From Sphyrna mokarran (taxonomy: Eukaryota): DNA of 64,000 nucleotides. Positions 38,157 to 50,565 of the stretch are shown here, piece after piece. The notes below the pieces were generated by a model. It was not told where the DNA came from, made no database searches, and saw only the letters and a program-made list of their open reading frames with translations. Positions within the stretch are counted from its first letter, which is position 1; each line of letters begins with the position of its first letter. The stretch spans positions 71,796,001 through 71,860,000 of the forward strand of contig JAGIQG010000011.1 in the NCBI GenBank assembly GCA_024679065.1. The letters run 5' to 3'. The position numbers and the translations under genes were made by a program.

Positions 38157-38345
38157 CATTGTCCTCCTGCCCATTGGCCTCTGGTGTTCCATGCCGGGAC
38201 AGTTCCTCGGGTGCTTCTGGATAGATAATGGCTGTGTCACTCCGCTGTAAGTATTCCGCAATGCTAACCGCATGGCTGTCTCCTTCTTCAAGCTTCCGTT
38301 TGGCAAAATACTCCTCAAAATCTGACGTGCAATCTATACTCTTTC
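38157..38345 (-). CDS. zeb2: ZEB2 exon 5 (189 nt): (G)[62 protein letters not shown]
   Basis: Read manually; acceptor ttttag, donor G|gtgagc; ZEB-specific [18 protein letters not shown] motif. Confidence 0.96.
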
Positions 38346-39077
38346 CTAAAATAATACATTGAGAAAAGGAAGAAGGAAAAAGAATGTCAGTCCAATCTTT
38401 CTATACAAGCCAGAGTGACTTGGCATCTAGCAAGTCACAATGTGCAGTTCAGAAGGCCTGCAATTCTACTTGGAATTTCTGCTTCCCCATACTGTTTAGT
38501 TCTTGTGGGAACTCTAACTGTTAGGTGGAGATAGCTGAAATAATCACAAACAAAGCAAATAAAACCACAGTCTTCATTAGCCAGGAAATGACAGGCCCTT
38601 ATTGGTACATGCTGATTACAAGCCTAAACTGCCTGACTTGCTGGCATGCCAAGTTTTACTTCTGTTTTCCTCAGCCTTGTTATCTTTCAGGGTTTTTCCT
38701 TGAATTTTTTTTTGTTGCAGACATTTCAAACTTACGCTGGAAACCTAGGTGCTATTTAAAGAGAAAAAACATTTACTGCAAGAAACTATGTATTTCAGTG
38801 ACAATCTGTCTGTCTTCAGCTTCTTTGCTCCCAGAAAGAGGATTCTCTCTCCAGTCCAGTAACTACAAGTTTGTGGCAAAAAAGATAAAAGTTTGGCATG
38901 TATTGACACATTACAGTAGTTACTGTCGCACACTCTTGTCATACAAAGGAAATAAATTGGATCGACACTGAAAACAGGCAAAATTAACATGTGCCTGTTG
39001 ATTGCAATACAGGCAGCATGCAAACATTTTGTGCCTCTCTTTTGATTGCTTTGAGCCAATGCTAACCAAGGATGATG

Positions 39078-39390
39078 GGGTGACGTTATTGAGGTTTATA
39101 AAATCATGAATGGCCAAGATAAGGTGAATAGCCAAGTTTATTTTCCCCAGGATAGGAGAGTGCAAAACCAGAGGGCAAAGGTTTAATGTGAGAGGGGAAA
39201 AATTTAAAAGGAATCTAAGGATCGGCTTCTGCACACAGATGGTGGTGCGTATTTGGAATGGGCTGCCAGAGGAGTTGGTAGAGGCAGGTAAAATTCCAAT
39301 ATTTAAAAAAACATTTGAACAGGTAAATGGATAGGAAAGATTTAGAAGGACATGGGCCAAATGCAGGCAAATACAATGAGTTCAGTTCAG
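39078..39390 (+). mobile_element. CR1 LINE 3' fragment
   Basis: ggggtgacgttattgaggtttataaaatcatg; acacagatggtggtgcgtatttggaatgggctgcc. Confidence 0.85.
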
Positions 39391-39395
39391 GAAAC

Positions 39396-39532
39396 CACTT
39401 AAAGCTAGACTACATTGCTTAAAACTAGCTCACATTGCTTAAAGCTAGCCTCCACTGCTTAAAGCCAGCCCACACTGCTTAAAGTTAGCCCACACTGCTT
39501 AAAGCTAGCCCACACTGCTTAAAGCTAGCCTG
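39396..39532. repeat. 20-bp minisatellite, about 7 copies of CACACTGCTTAAAGCTAGCC
   Basis: Direct tandem array, most homogeneous at the right end. Confidence 0.92.
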
Positions 39533-39599
39533 CAACTCCGAAAGAGGAAGTAGTTTATAATCAAAGCAGATGCTGGGATTCATTTTTGAAGAGAAACTA

Positions 39600-39840
39600 A
39601 ATTGGGAAAGAATGAGGACTGAGACAACAAGAAGAGTGTCTGCTCCATGTTTTTTTGGAGCTGAACTGGAAGTTTTGGTGAAGGATACGGTAAAGAGGAA
39701 AGTTGTCCTGTATCTGCAGAGGAAGGAGACCTTCCAGGCACATGGTCAAAAGGCAGTAGGAGCAGATAGCTATGAAGGTCAATGTCAGGAGAAAAGCCCT
39801 GAAGACCTGAATGCAGTGCCACAAGAAATATAATGACCCC
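39600..39840 (+). pseudogene. Harbinger-type Myb/SANT-like DNA-binding gene remnant
   Basis: RVSAPCFFGAELEVLVKDTV, then in another frame RQ*EQIAMKVNVRRKALKT*MQCHKKYND, with stops at Trp-like positions. Confidence 0.75.
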
Positions 39841-39999
39841 ACATGAGTGGTCAAGGTCATTGAATAAATCTTCAAATGTCACAGCCAAACAACTGCACCA
39901 GCAGCCATGGCCACTGCTCAAATCATCCCCCATTGCTCACCCACAAATGATCTCGATTAGCAGACTGTGGAAGTATTGTTTCAGCATGACAATGCTTCA

Positions 40000-40760
40000 C
40001 CAGATTTCACTTGGCAGCGTGATTTTCTTTGGGTGCAAACTGTACAGAGGTGTGAGGTTGCACACTAGTCATAAGCCATATTATCAATGGATAGCTCTTG
40101 CAACCCTTTGTTTTGTCTTGGCTTAAATGCAGTGGACTGCCATGGAATGAAGGCATCATGATTGCTGCCAGGATATTGGACACTGACTTGCATGGCTCAT
40201 TATCTATGCTCATTCACCAGCTGGACATTGGAGGAGTGGAATTAATTTGGTTTCTGGCATATGGCATGATTGACAGGTGACATCCAGAAAGCTAAATGTA
40301 TGCAATCAATGGCACCCTGCACTCTGATATGTCCTGCAATCCTAGCAAAGATATGTGTTTACTTGGGTTTGGCAAGAGAGACCGAAATGTTGTTAGCTCG
40401 CTTTGAACGGAAAACCTGAGTGATTTCCTTCACTCAATTATGTATGATTGGCAAACTGTGATATATTGCAAATATCTCCAGCTCCAGCCTGGAAGTCATC
40501 AGATGCATAAAGTTCATCACCATGGTCAACTCCACTGGCAAAGTGGTCCTTGTCCTGCTTGAGGTTGCAGTCGTGGCTGCAACAAAGGACATTTTTCAGT
40601 GAAGAGATCCTTACTATATCTCACTGATATTCAGCTAAGAGAATTGATCACAAAACTCCAAGGCCTTGCTGACAGCCCTTCTTCTCCTTCTTCGTCCAGT
40701 GGTTTGACCTACTCTGTTTGGCATCCGTTCATTTTCCATGCCATATAGAATTTCAAAAAG
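40000..40760 (-). pseudogene. PIF/Harbinger (HARBI1-like) DDE transposase remnant
   Basis: Minus-strand fragments YASDDFQAGAGDICNISQFA (~40450-40510), QGAIDCIHLA (40290-40319), YPGSNHDAFI (40146-40175), YPLIIWLMT (~40067-40093). Confidence 0.85.
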
Positions 40761-40979
40761 ATCACCTACTTGTGCAACTGTATTTGGGAGCAATTGGTTT
40801 TGTGTAGAAGGCTTTGTGAATTCAACAAAGATGCTTATAGACTTTGGCAATTTGAAAGGGCTGTAGGAAAGCTATAAACACTTATAGCAGAATAACAATG
40901 GCCAAATGGAATCAACAAGTACTTAATCTGCAAGGAGCTAGTCTGATGAACACTTTAAATACTGCTTTTTCAAAAAATT

Positions 40980-41320
40980 CAGTTATGGAGCATGGGCATT
41001 TATTGTCCATCCCTAACTAGCCTCCATTTCAGAGGGCATCTGAGAGTCAACCACATTGCTGTGGGTTTGGAGTCAAATGTGGGCCAGACCAGGCTAGGAT
41101 GGCAGATTTATTTTCCAAAAGCACATCAGTGAACCAGATGGGTTTTTATGATAATTGGCAATGATTTCATGATCATCATTAGACTTCTAATTCCAGATTT
41201 TTACTGAATTCAAATTTTACCATCCACCATGGTGGCATTTGAATCCAAGTCGCCAGGTCTTGCCCTGGGTCTCTGGATTACTAGTCCAGTAACAAAATTG
41301 CTGTGCCACTACCTCCCCGA
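40980..41320 (-). mobile_element. CR1-type 3' end fragment
   Basis: gagtcaaccacattgctgtgggtttggagtc; attcaaattttaccatccaccatggtggcatttgaatcc; related copies at ~46845-47010, 49885-50045, 57910-58270, 59150-59480. Confidence 0.75.
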
Positions 41321-43624
41321 CTGCTGGGAGCTGGTGGGGGAGTGGTGGGGGAGTGGTGGGGGTTGGGGGGGGAGGGTTGGGGAGATGGGGTCACACCAAC
41401 TATGTGTGTACTTATGCTGTACTAAATATGGCACAGGCACAGTTCACTGACAGATAGTGTTTCGGAGCCATAAAATGGCAAATTTACAAGCCATATTTCT
41501 TGCTCAGTGTATTAGAAGAACAACAACAACATTCCTTCATGGTGAATTCCTGAATTATCAAGGGGAATGCCAAGTTAAAGCTAGGTATTTTCCCACTGTG
41601 TTACCCAAAAATCTTCCTACGTTTCTTAGCGGTGAAGTCCAGAATAACAGGGTCAATTATCTGCCACTTCTCTACATACCAAGCAGAAAAATGGCCAGCA
41701 ATGGTTGTCATGGAAGTTATAGTGTTGGATGGGTAACAGGATTGATGGTCTGAATGTGAAGAGTACAGCATCAAGTGGAGCACTCTTGCTGCAACTGGCT
41801 TGACAGAAAAGTTGTTTTTATTTTTAAGTTCCATTTAAGTTCCAGCCAAAGGGACCACTGAAAGATCACAAGTCCATCAGGCCTTTGATAACATATTTAA
41901 TAGATGATAACATATTTGATAAGCATTAGGCTGCAAATTGATATATTCAAGCAGCTTTAATCATTTTTTTAGGTCGCAGAAAAATGAATGCACAAAGCCC
42001 AAACAGACTGGATACAGATCCCATGTAATTGGGATACTTTGAACTTATGTTATGTTAAAAAATGGGCACAATACATGCCAGTCTCTGCGCCATAATCTAA
42101 GCTAATGCATCATTACAGCACTGAGAGACTACTGCATTGTTATTATTTACTTTTCAAGGCTAGCATGGTCACTAAACATAAATGCTAACAGTCCTTGAGT
42201 CATGATCTAGTCAAGACCAAGGAGATAGAACACATTTATTTGTTCCTACTCAAGTGTACTTATCTATGGTAAAATGGAATGCCAGATCTAAATCTAATCA
42301 TCCTTGCTCACAAATTTGCACCAATGGACTACACACCCAAAGCTATCAGAAGGCTAAGAAAGGTTGTTGAAATGGTGGTGTTGTGTCCCGTAAAGAACAG
42401 ATAAAAGGCCACAAATTCACAGTCCGGCAGAGAATTATAAAATTCAAACTGCCAACCGTTTGTCAATCTAAAAGGACGAAGTAATAAAGGGACGTAAAAT
42501 GAACTACATTTCCAGCATGAATTTGAGTAAGTACTGAACAAAGGAAAAGGTTTCAAATTTTACAGTTTTCTCCATATTTATAATTTTCAAACTTTCATGA
42601 GAACTTCGCAGTTAATTCTGTTAAAGAATAAAAGTTATGGGAGTTTTAAACATCTTTTACTGGCATAATGTTGCAGCTGGACATCCTATGTGAGTTGGAG
42701 AAGTTGCCCTTTCTTTGAAGGTTTGAGGAAATGCAGAAACACACCTGCTGATTGGGGTTTTAGGAGTGGAAAGTGGCTGAAAATATGTATTTAAATTTAT
42801 CTTTATTTCTGATGCATTTGCAAAATCAGAAACAGCTTAGCTTGTTGCTTCTGTTTATTTCAAAACCTGTGACCAGTTTTCACGAGATTAGCAAAATATG
42901 TCATAGTGCAACCAGCTACTGGTAAAGTTCCCATCTGAAGCTAAATTTAGACCAAAACGTATGTCTCTGTGGTTCAGTGTCGCAACTTTGATTTGCATTC
43001 TGGAAAACACCTTGATGGGCTGCACAAAAAAAGTGTTCAACCTACTGACTGAGAGAAAGGAGCTCTTCTGCAGACACCTGCACCAGGACTGTGAGCTTTC
43101 AATATTATTGCGCTATGGCTTTGACGAAAGCTCTTTATCAGGTGGGAAAAATGCTTGGAATGCCCGTGAACACATGGTTGCAGGAATGAGGTCAGCCCCC
43201 ACTTACAATCAGTTGTTGGATTTGCCCAGGATAGCTTTGAACAGCTTAGATCGGAATTAAAGGGACCCGGCTCCGTAAATGTCCACTGTTTAATTTACTG
43301 CTGTTTACATTTAGAATAGCAAATTTAGACTGCAGGGGTACACAAGCTTAACTGCATCTGCAGCTTCCAAGCCACACACAAGGAACTGAACACACTTGCT
43401 TGGTTGGGCATGGAGCAGAGACGGAGGGAGAAAACTGGTAGGAAAGCACAAAAAGACCAACTTTAGGCCTTTCTGAACCCAACTAAAGCCCACAGCTTCA
43501 CTGGTAGCAGAGTTTCACACAGCCAAGTTAAGACAGGACAAAGAATTTACTTTGCAGTAAGCCTTTTATAACAAAATATCATACGTATGCAGGGGACATG
43601 AGGTACAGTTGATATGGTACTCAC

Positions 43625-43696
43625 CTGTACCATTGCCTCTACCAGGTTGGATTGTGGCTTCAGGCCCCATAGTGTCATACTCTTCCTTCATTTCTT
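43625..43696 (-). CDS. zeb2: ZEB2 exon 4 (72 nt): (E)EMKEEYDTMGPEATIQPGRGNGT
   Basis: Not in ORF track; read manually. Acceptor cttttctctacag, donor CAG|gtgagt; phase 1-1; resembles human EEMKEDYDTMGPEATIQ. Confidence 0.95.
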
Positions 43697-46600
43697 CTGT
43701 AGAGAAAAGGGACATGAGAAGAGGCTCAGTACTTGTGAGCTTTTATTGTGGTGTGATAATCTGCGCGGCATTAAACACAGCAAACTCCTGGTAAAGTTAA
43801 CCACAGGAAAGGTTGTTGTCAACACTTGCCCAATGTCTCAGCCTTTCCGGTGACTTCTGTCACCTTGGGTCAGGCCAGTACGGCGTGGCAGTGAGAAACA
43901 GTGAAGAAACTGAGGATTGAGAAGTGTCAGGTATCAAAAGGTAAGGGGGCATAGGCTTCAATAAATAATCAAACCCAACAATATTAACTAATCTCACAAA
44001 GACAAACACCGAACTAAGGGTATTTCTGGGAAGAGACCAATCGAGGTATTAACAATTGTACAGTACTATTGCTCATCTCATGTGACTCATGTGAGTCATG
44101 AGCATCATAAGTTTTCCACCTGAGGGCACTTGAACCAGCTGAGGGAAAAAAGACTGACTGTATTTTTTTTGCATAATACCAGTAATGCTCACAATTTCTA
44201 CTTCATTTACTTCCTCAGTGTCATTTTTAGGTAAAGGGTGAGTGAAGTTGTAATGTCCTGTGCTATCTGTTTGCTGTGTTAATATTCATAAACATGAACA
44301 ATGTTTACAGATTGCTTTCTCGAGCTCCGTTTTGTTGTTGGAGTTGCATAGACTGTGTGGCACCTTTAGTTAAAACCGCTACAATCATGGCCTTGTAAAC
44401 AAATCAGACTCAAAACAGAAAAAGCAAACTGTGTAAAAGAGTCCTTTTGGTTGGTCCCTGGAGGGCAGCTTTGAAAAAAAATCCCAGCACAAATATGCTT
44501 TTTTTTTTCACATGCCCCCATCATTAAGTTCAAAATAATCTATGTAAATAATAGGACATGCATAGATGACAGATATCAAAAGGCCTGACCATTTAGCACT
44601 GCTGCATGTTCTCATCACAGATGATGAGACAGCAGTGAGATTTTCTGTATTTTTCTTTCAGCTGCCGTGAATTGACACTGTGATATTCAAAAAGCCTAAC
44701 CCAAAAAGGGATATTGTTATTTTCTTAACAATTAAGAGAGCAATGAATCTAATGCACTAATCATTATGTGTTACTGTCTATCACGCATGGAAAATATTTC
44801 ACAGAAGCACTTGGTTCTGGACAAGAAGGATTGAACAAGCAAAAGGAGCAGGCACGCAGGTGATTTATTTGAGCGTCTGTCAGTGATAATGATGTCATGT
44901 TTTCCAGCACACTGTGTCCACCTCATTGTGGAATAAAAGAATGTCAAGGACAATTCAAAACACAAAACTTTTATTGTGCTGTAACCGGAAGGAACAGTAA
45001 GAACTCGAGCAGGTCAAATATGCTCTTCAGCTGAGAACCTATTTCCTGCTAACAAAAGTATTGTAACACAGAAGAGAGAGAGAGACAGAAAGGGATCTGA
45101 AAGCGAATGCAACCTGAGCTAGTGCTAGGGCAGGAGAATTTTTCTTTGAGTGGCGCAAGAATGAAAATGACCAAAAGCAACTGGTCAGATTTGAAGCAAG
45201 AGATGTGTGTAAGTGTACACTGGGGACAGAGAGGGAGAGAGGAATGCAGTTGGCAGGGACAGGTTGTGTTTTAAATACCTCAGGTAAAATGATACAATCA
45301 AAGGCAGCATTTACGTTGCAGGAAGATAGATTTGCAAATACGCCAGAATCTGTATTGTTATTATGTGGCACCCAACAACCAGGGCAAGTCGAGGGTGCTT
45401 CTGCATGGGAGAGAGTTAATGTTGAATGTCTGCTGTTTTGGGGTCCTCACCCAGCCTTCAACCAATCAGCCTGTCAGTTTTCTAATACCTACAATCTGAC
45501 ACTTTGAAATGATCATTCAAGAATTAAGAACAATAGTATCCTTACCATCAGATACTCGGGGATAAAATGATTCCTGAGTCAAAAAAAGAATCTTACCAAT
45601 GGCAGCTGTTTTCTATCAATTTAACAGAGTTTTGCAAATAGGCACAGAAACATGACATTTGGTCAACTTATCTCTATTTCTAATAGAACAAAATCTAATT
45701 TCAAAGCCCCATTTTAGCTGGGGTGGGATGTAAAGTTCCACATGAGAACGAAGAGGTAATAGCAACACAAGTTGCCTTTACGAAGCATGTTTAAGGTAGG
45801 GAAACCGCTAAAATATTTCACAGGAGCATCATCAGACAAGAGTTGACACTGAGCCAAAGAAGGAAACATCAGGACAATGTGATCAAATGCTTTTTTAAAG
45901 AGGCAAGTGTAAAGAAGGGTTTGAAATGGATTTAGATAGATGGAAAGATTTAGGAAGGGAATTCAGACTTTAGGGCCTAGATGGTTAAAGTAACGACCAT
46001 CAGTGAAGGGAGTGGGTCATTCACAAGTGGCCAAGTTGAAGGAATAGCTTTAGAATGTGACTTAAATCTTCAAGGACATAAATGAAAAAGAAAAGAGTTT
46101 GGAGCTGGAGTAGTATTTTCCAAAGATAGATGAGTGAAGGGTAGGTTTTTGATGAGCAGTGGTGATGATGGAATGTTTGATGGAATTTATGGTTGGAATT
46201 TTCCAGTCCTGCTTATATTTGGTGAGGAACCATTTACAATATCAAACAAAATGGGGGACAGGAAACAAAGCGGTATGGTCAGAAGTTTAGTGGGTACAAG
46301 GTCAGGAGAATAGCAGGAGGTTGCCATGGACTAGATGTGTTCGGAGAGAGCATAAGGAATGATGGAGATGTTAGAGAATGATATGAGTTCAAGTGTGGGG
46401 GGGGCTGAAAGTTCACTTGGTGGGTCAGGGGAAGGAATGGGTGCAACAGAGATAGCTAAATTGGTAGTCCCAATTTTCCTTTAGCAGAGTTGTCAAGAAG
46501 CAGATGTTTATTGTTTGAAATGCTTAAATATTTGAATATTTCCAGAAGAGTGAATGATTTAATGGGGACAAACCTAATGCATCTTTTACACTGGATTTGA

Positions 46601-49224
46601 CGAGGAGAGTTGGCTGCTGATACGAGTTGTTGGACAGTAAATGACAAACTCAAAATAAATGCACTAGTTTTGCAAAGGCTGGCAGATGAGAACACCTGAT
46701 AAGTAATAGATTTTACCAACCATAATCTTTGATGGATCTGATAGGTTTACATTAAAGTTGATATTGGCTACACCAGACCAAAATTGGGAGCTGACAACAT
46801 TAGCTCCCAATTCTTTTGACTCTCACACTGGATGCAGACGTCACTCATAGGGCAGCATTTTCTTGCTTATCCCTAATTGCCTTTGGCTTGTTAGATCATT
46901 TTAGAGGGCAATAAAGAGATAACCACATTGCTGTGGGACTGGAGACGCAAGTAGGCCAAACCAGGAGCAGATGGGAGATTTCCTTCCCTGAAGGATACTA
47001 CTGAACCTGGTCAGTGTTTATAATAATGATGGCTGCCATTACCTGGAAAAGCACCGGTAAACTGAAAGATCACAGAACTCTGAACTGGTCCCAGCCATCA
47101 GAAATGAAGAATATTAGTCAGTCTTGAACACATGGATTATCAACTAACATATTTTTATTGAGAGAGGAGGTGGTCTGTACAAATGATTGCATCTGGACGT
47201 TGCACTTGATGTACGTGTGAGTTTCCAACTCTATTCGGCATCTGAACATGTGTTATTGATTTTCAGTTCCTGGTTCTCCAATCATTGATTGTTACCCCTA
47301 TGTCCCTACTCAGTCACTGCACCCCAAGACTGATGAGTCTTGCTCATTTGAGATACAGGGTGAATTTTCTCATTCCGCCTGCCGCGGGAATCTTAGCAGG
47401 CAAGAGGTGGACCATGGAAAGGTTTGTTGACTTTGGGCAGGATTTTCTGGTTTCGGGTTGAGCGTGGCCGGAAAATCCCGTCCGTGTTCTTTCAACCAAA
47501 TTGTGGGTTTAACATATTCTTAGATTGATTCAGAGTACAATATTTTCTAAGTTACACCCGTAATTGACAGTTTGTGGAATTGTTGACCTACTCAAGTCAT
47601 AAATCTCAAATGTGGAAACCAATTTCCAGTCCAAGTCATATGTTAATGAAACCGTTGACAGTCGTCCTATACCAATGCTGAGAGTTCTGCATTGTTTCAG
47701 ATATCATGAATGGTCACTAATCTGTTACATATTTGCATTTAAAGAATGCCTTTGGCTCAGGGAAAGGGTTAACATGCAAGTAATGAAGCAGGCTACTGAA
47801 TTTCAAATGCCTGACCATTTCTTCAGAATGTAGCCTCGACAGCTTTACAGTGGGCGTCCTGCATGTTCTCTTGGGTGACCTTTCACTAGCCCATTGTATT
47901 TATTAGCAATCTGGATTACTGCCCAGCCTTAGTGAGGCTGGTATGACGCTGCTATGCCTTCACTTGTGTAGGCACAGCCTGTGTATAGATTGTCTACACA
48001 TAGTGCTCTGTTCTACGAGAACCTTTAGCATCAATTGCAACAGTGCCAAACAGTGGTATATTTTTAATTTCTTAGTGTTTTACATCATAATTTAAAGAAA
48101 TAGAAAAGCTTAATAACATAACCTGAAATACACCAAGGTACTGAACTGATACTCTGCAATTCAACACTGCCAAAAGAGTAATCCACATGGGATACTGCTG
48201 CCAATTAAGTTGTGTACACTTACCATTTCTTCATCCCATTCCCCACAACATAATGTAGATTTTCTTTCAAATTACTTTTTGATTGGCTAAAGTGCTCTGG
48301 GGCTAGGGAAGGAAAAATTAGATTGGTTCCCATCCTTGATGACTGTATCTAGGTCCTTAATGGTGATGCCCATTTGAAGACAGCAGAAGAACATAACAAC
48401 AAGGTTTGACTGCAGTATTTACCACAGTCAGACGACCTGTTTATGTGAACAAAACCCCTTGAATAAGATGTCAGAGGACAACAGCCACACATAGAACTCA
48501 ATACTAAAAAGAAAAGGGTGCAAAATCAAACAAAGAATCTTCTGATTTGGAGGATCTGGGGAAAATAATTAATGTCCTTGGAGGACTCTTGTATCTTCCT
48601 CACCTCACTGAATAGAAGCCCTTATGTAAAAATATTTTGACAAGTAAAAATATCTCGTGACATTCCTTTCAGTAGCTCCGACAAACTGAAATGATTAAAA
48701 AATTTATTACAAAACAGTCTGGCAATTAAAAACATATTAAACAAATCTGCATCCCACCTCAACCTTCGACAATGTACCATTCACAGTACAGTACGTTTTT
48801 TTATTTGTTAGTGGCAGGTGAGAAGTGTGCAATAATGGACATCATTGGGCCCATAGAGTCTGTTAATAATTGGCAATCACATCTTTTATGGCTAATGTAT
48901 TTTTCAAGGTACTATTATCTAATCCTTGTATTGACAGAGTGCTTTATCATGTTGAAATATGTCAAAGCACTTCACTCAATTAATTACTTTTGAAAGGCAG
49001 CAACTGTGTTTTTATTTAGGCAATAGGAGAAGTTTCTTTACACTTCCACCCATGCTACCTGTTGGTCTCGTGCACCAACAGATGCTGCTTTTGACAGCAG
49101 TTTGGACAATGATTTTTTTGACTGAACAGTGTTCTGTATGACATGTTCATTAACACTGTTCTCCATTTCCTGAGTTGCCCCTCACAATTGCCTTTCCTTT
49201 CCCAGTCACACCCTTCCCAACTAA

Positions 49225-49625
49225 ATCCCAAAGATTGAATAGGTTAGGACTTTATTCCCTGGAGCGTAGAAGAATGAGAGGAGATTTGATAGAGGTGTAT
49301 AAGATTTTGATGGGTATAGATAGAGCAAATGCAAGCAGGCTTTTTCCACTGAGGCTAGGGAAAAAAAACCCCACAGGGCACGGGTTAAGGGTGAAAGGGA
49401 GGCTTCTTTACACAGAGAATGATGGGAGTGTGGAATGAGGTGCTGGGTGAAGTGGTAAACGCGGGGTCACTTTTAACATTTCAGAAAAACTTGGACAGGT
49501 ACATGGATGAGAGGAGTGTGTAGGGATATGTTTCAAGTGCAGGTCAGTGGGACTAGGCAAAAAAATGGTTCGGCACAGACAAGAAGGGCCAAACGGCCTG
49601 TTTCTATAAATTTTCTATGGTTTCT
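49225..49625 (+). mobile_element. CR1 LINE 3' fragment
   Basis: RLNRLGLYSLERRRMRGDLIEVYKILMG. Confidence 0.9.
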
Positions 49626-50275
49626 AAATGCATCTCCCTCCTCTTTAACAACCTACTTAAGGACAATAGATTCTAGTCGGAGAGCAGTCTGAGGGAGATG
49701 TCCATAACTCACCAATCTGATTTAAATGCAGCCTGACACCCAATATTGAACGCACTTCCGGCCTAACTGTTCAGGTGCAGGGATTAAAATTCTAGCTCAA
49801 TATGTCTCCCAATATTGACTGCTGTGATGTTATGACAGCAATATTCTTGATTTGCCTATTTTTAAAAAATCCCTTCTTGATAATTGAACTAAGTTGTACC
49901 ACTGATGTCCTTGAGGGATGGAAATCTGCTGTCCTTACCTGGTCTGACCTACATGTGACACCAGAGCCACAGCAATGTGGTTGACTCCCAACTGTCTTCC
50001 AAGGGCAACAAAGGATAATAAAAGCTGTTGTCCCATGAATGAACAGAAACAAACTGTCCCATGGGACAAAAGTAAGTGTAGTGGGTTATAAATGTAAGAA
50101 CCAGCAAGATATCACTTTGTCATTTTTGTTTGTTTAGGTTTGGCGATTGTTCCTTTAATTCTGGTCACAACATGTATGCAGTTGAAAGACCACTGCAGCA
50201 TGAAATACTGTCATAATCAAATTCAATAACTCTGTTGCTAGACCACATCAAACTCATTTTTATAAAATAAAGTTT

Positions 50276-50565
50276 ATAAAGTTTATTTATTAGTCACAAG
50301 AATGTTACATTAACAACGCAATGAAGTTACTGTGAAAATCCCCTTGTTGCCACTCTCTGGTGCTTGTTTGGGTAACTCGGGGAGAATTAAGCATGGCCAA
50401 TGCACCTAACCAGCACACCTTTCAGACTGTGAGAGGGAATCAGAGCACCCCAAAGGAAACCCACACAGACACGAGGAAAACATGCAGACTCCACACAGTC
50501 AGTGACCCAAGCCAGGAATCAAACCCTGGCACTGTGAAGTAGCAGTGCTAATCACTATGCCACCC
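50276..50565 (-). mobile_element. tRNA-derived SINE, reverse orientation
   Basis: Reverse complement of the 11951 family (ccctggcactgtgaagtagcagtgctaatcactatgccaccc). Confidence 0.85.

Noticed and set aside
38525-38971. 148-aa plus-strand ORF in intron 4
   Set aside because: GTG start, no domain, composition typical of random AT-rich intron.
39396-39532. CRISPR-like array
   Set aside because: Contiguous tandem 20-mers without unique spacers, in a eukaryotic context.
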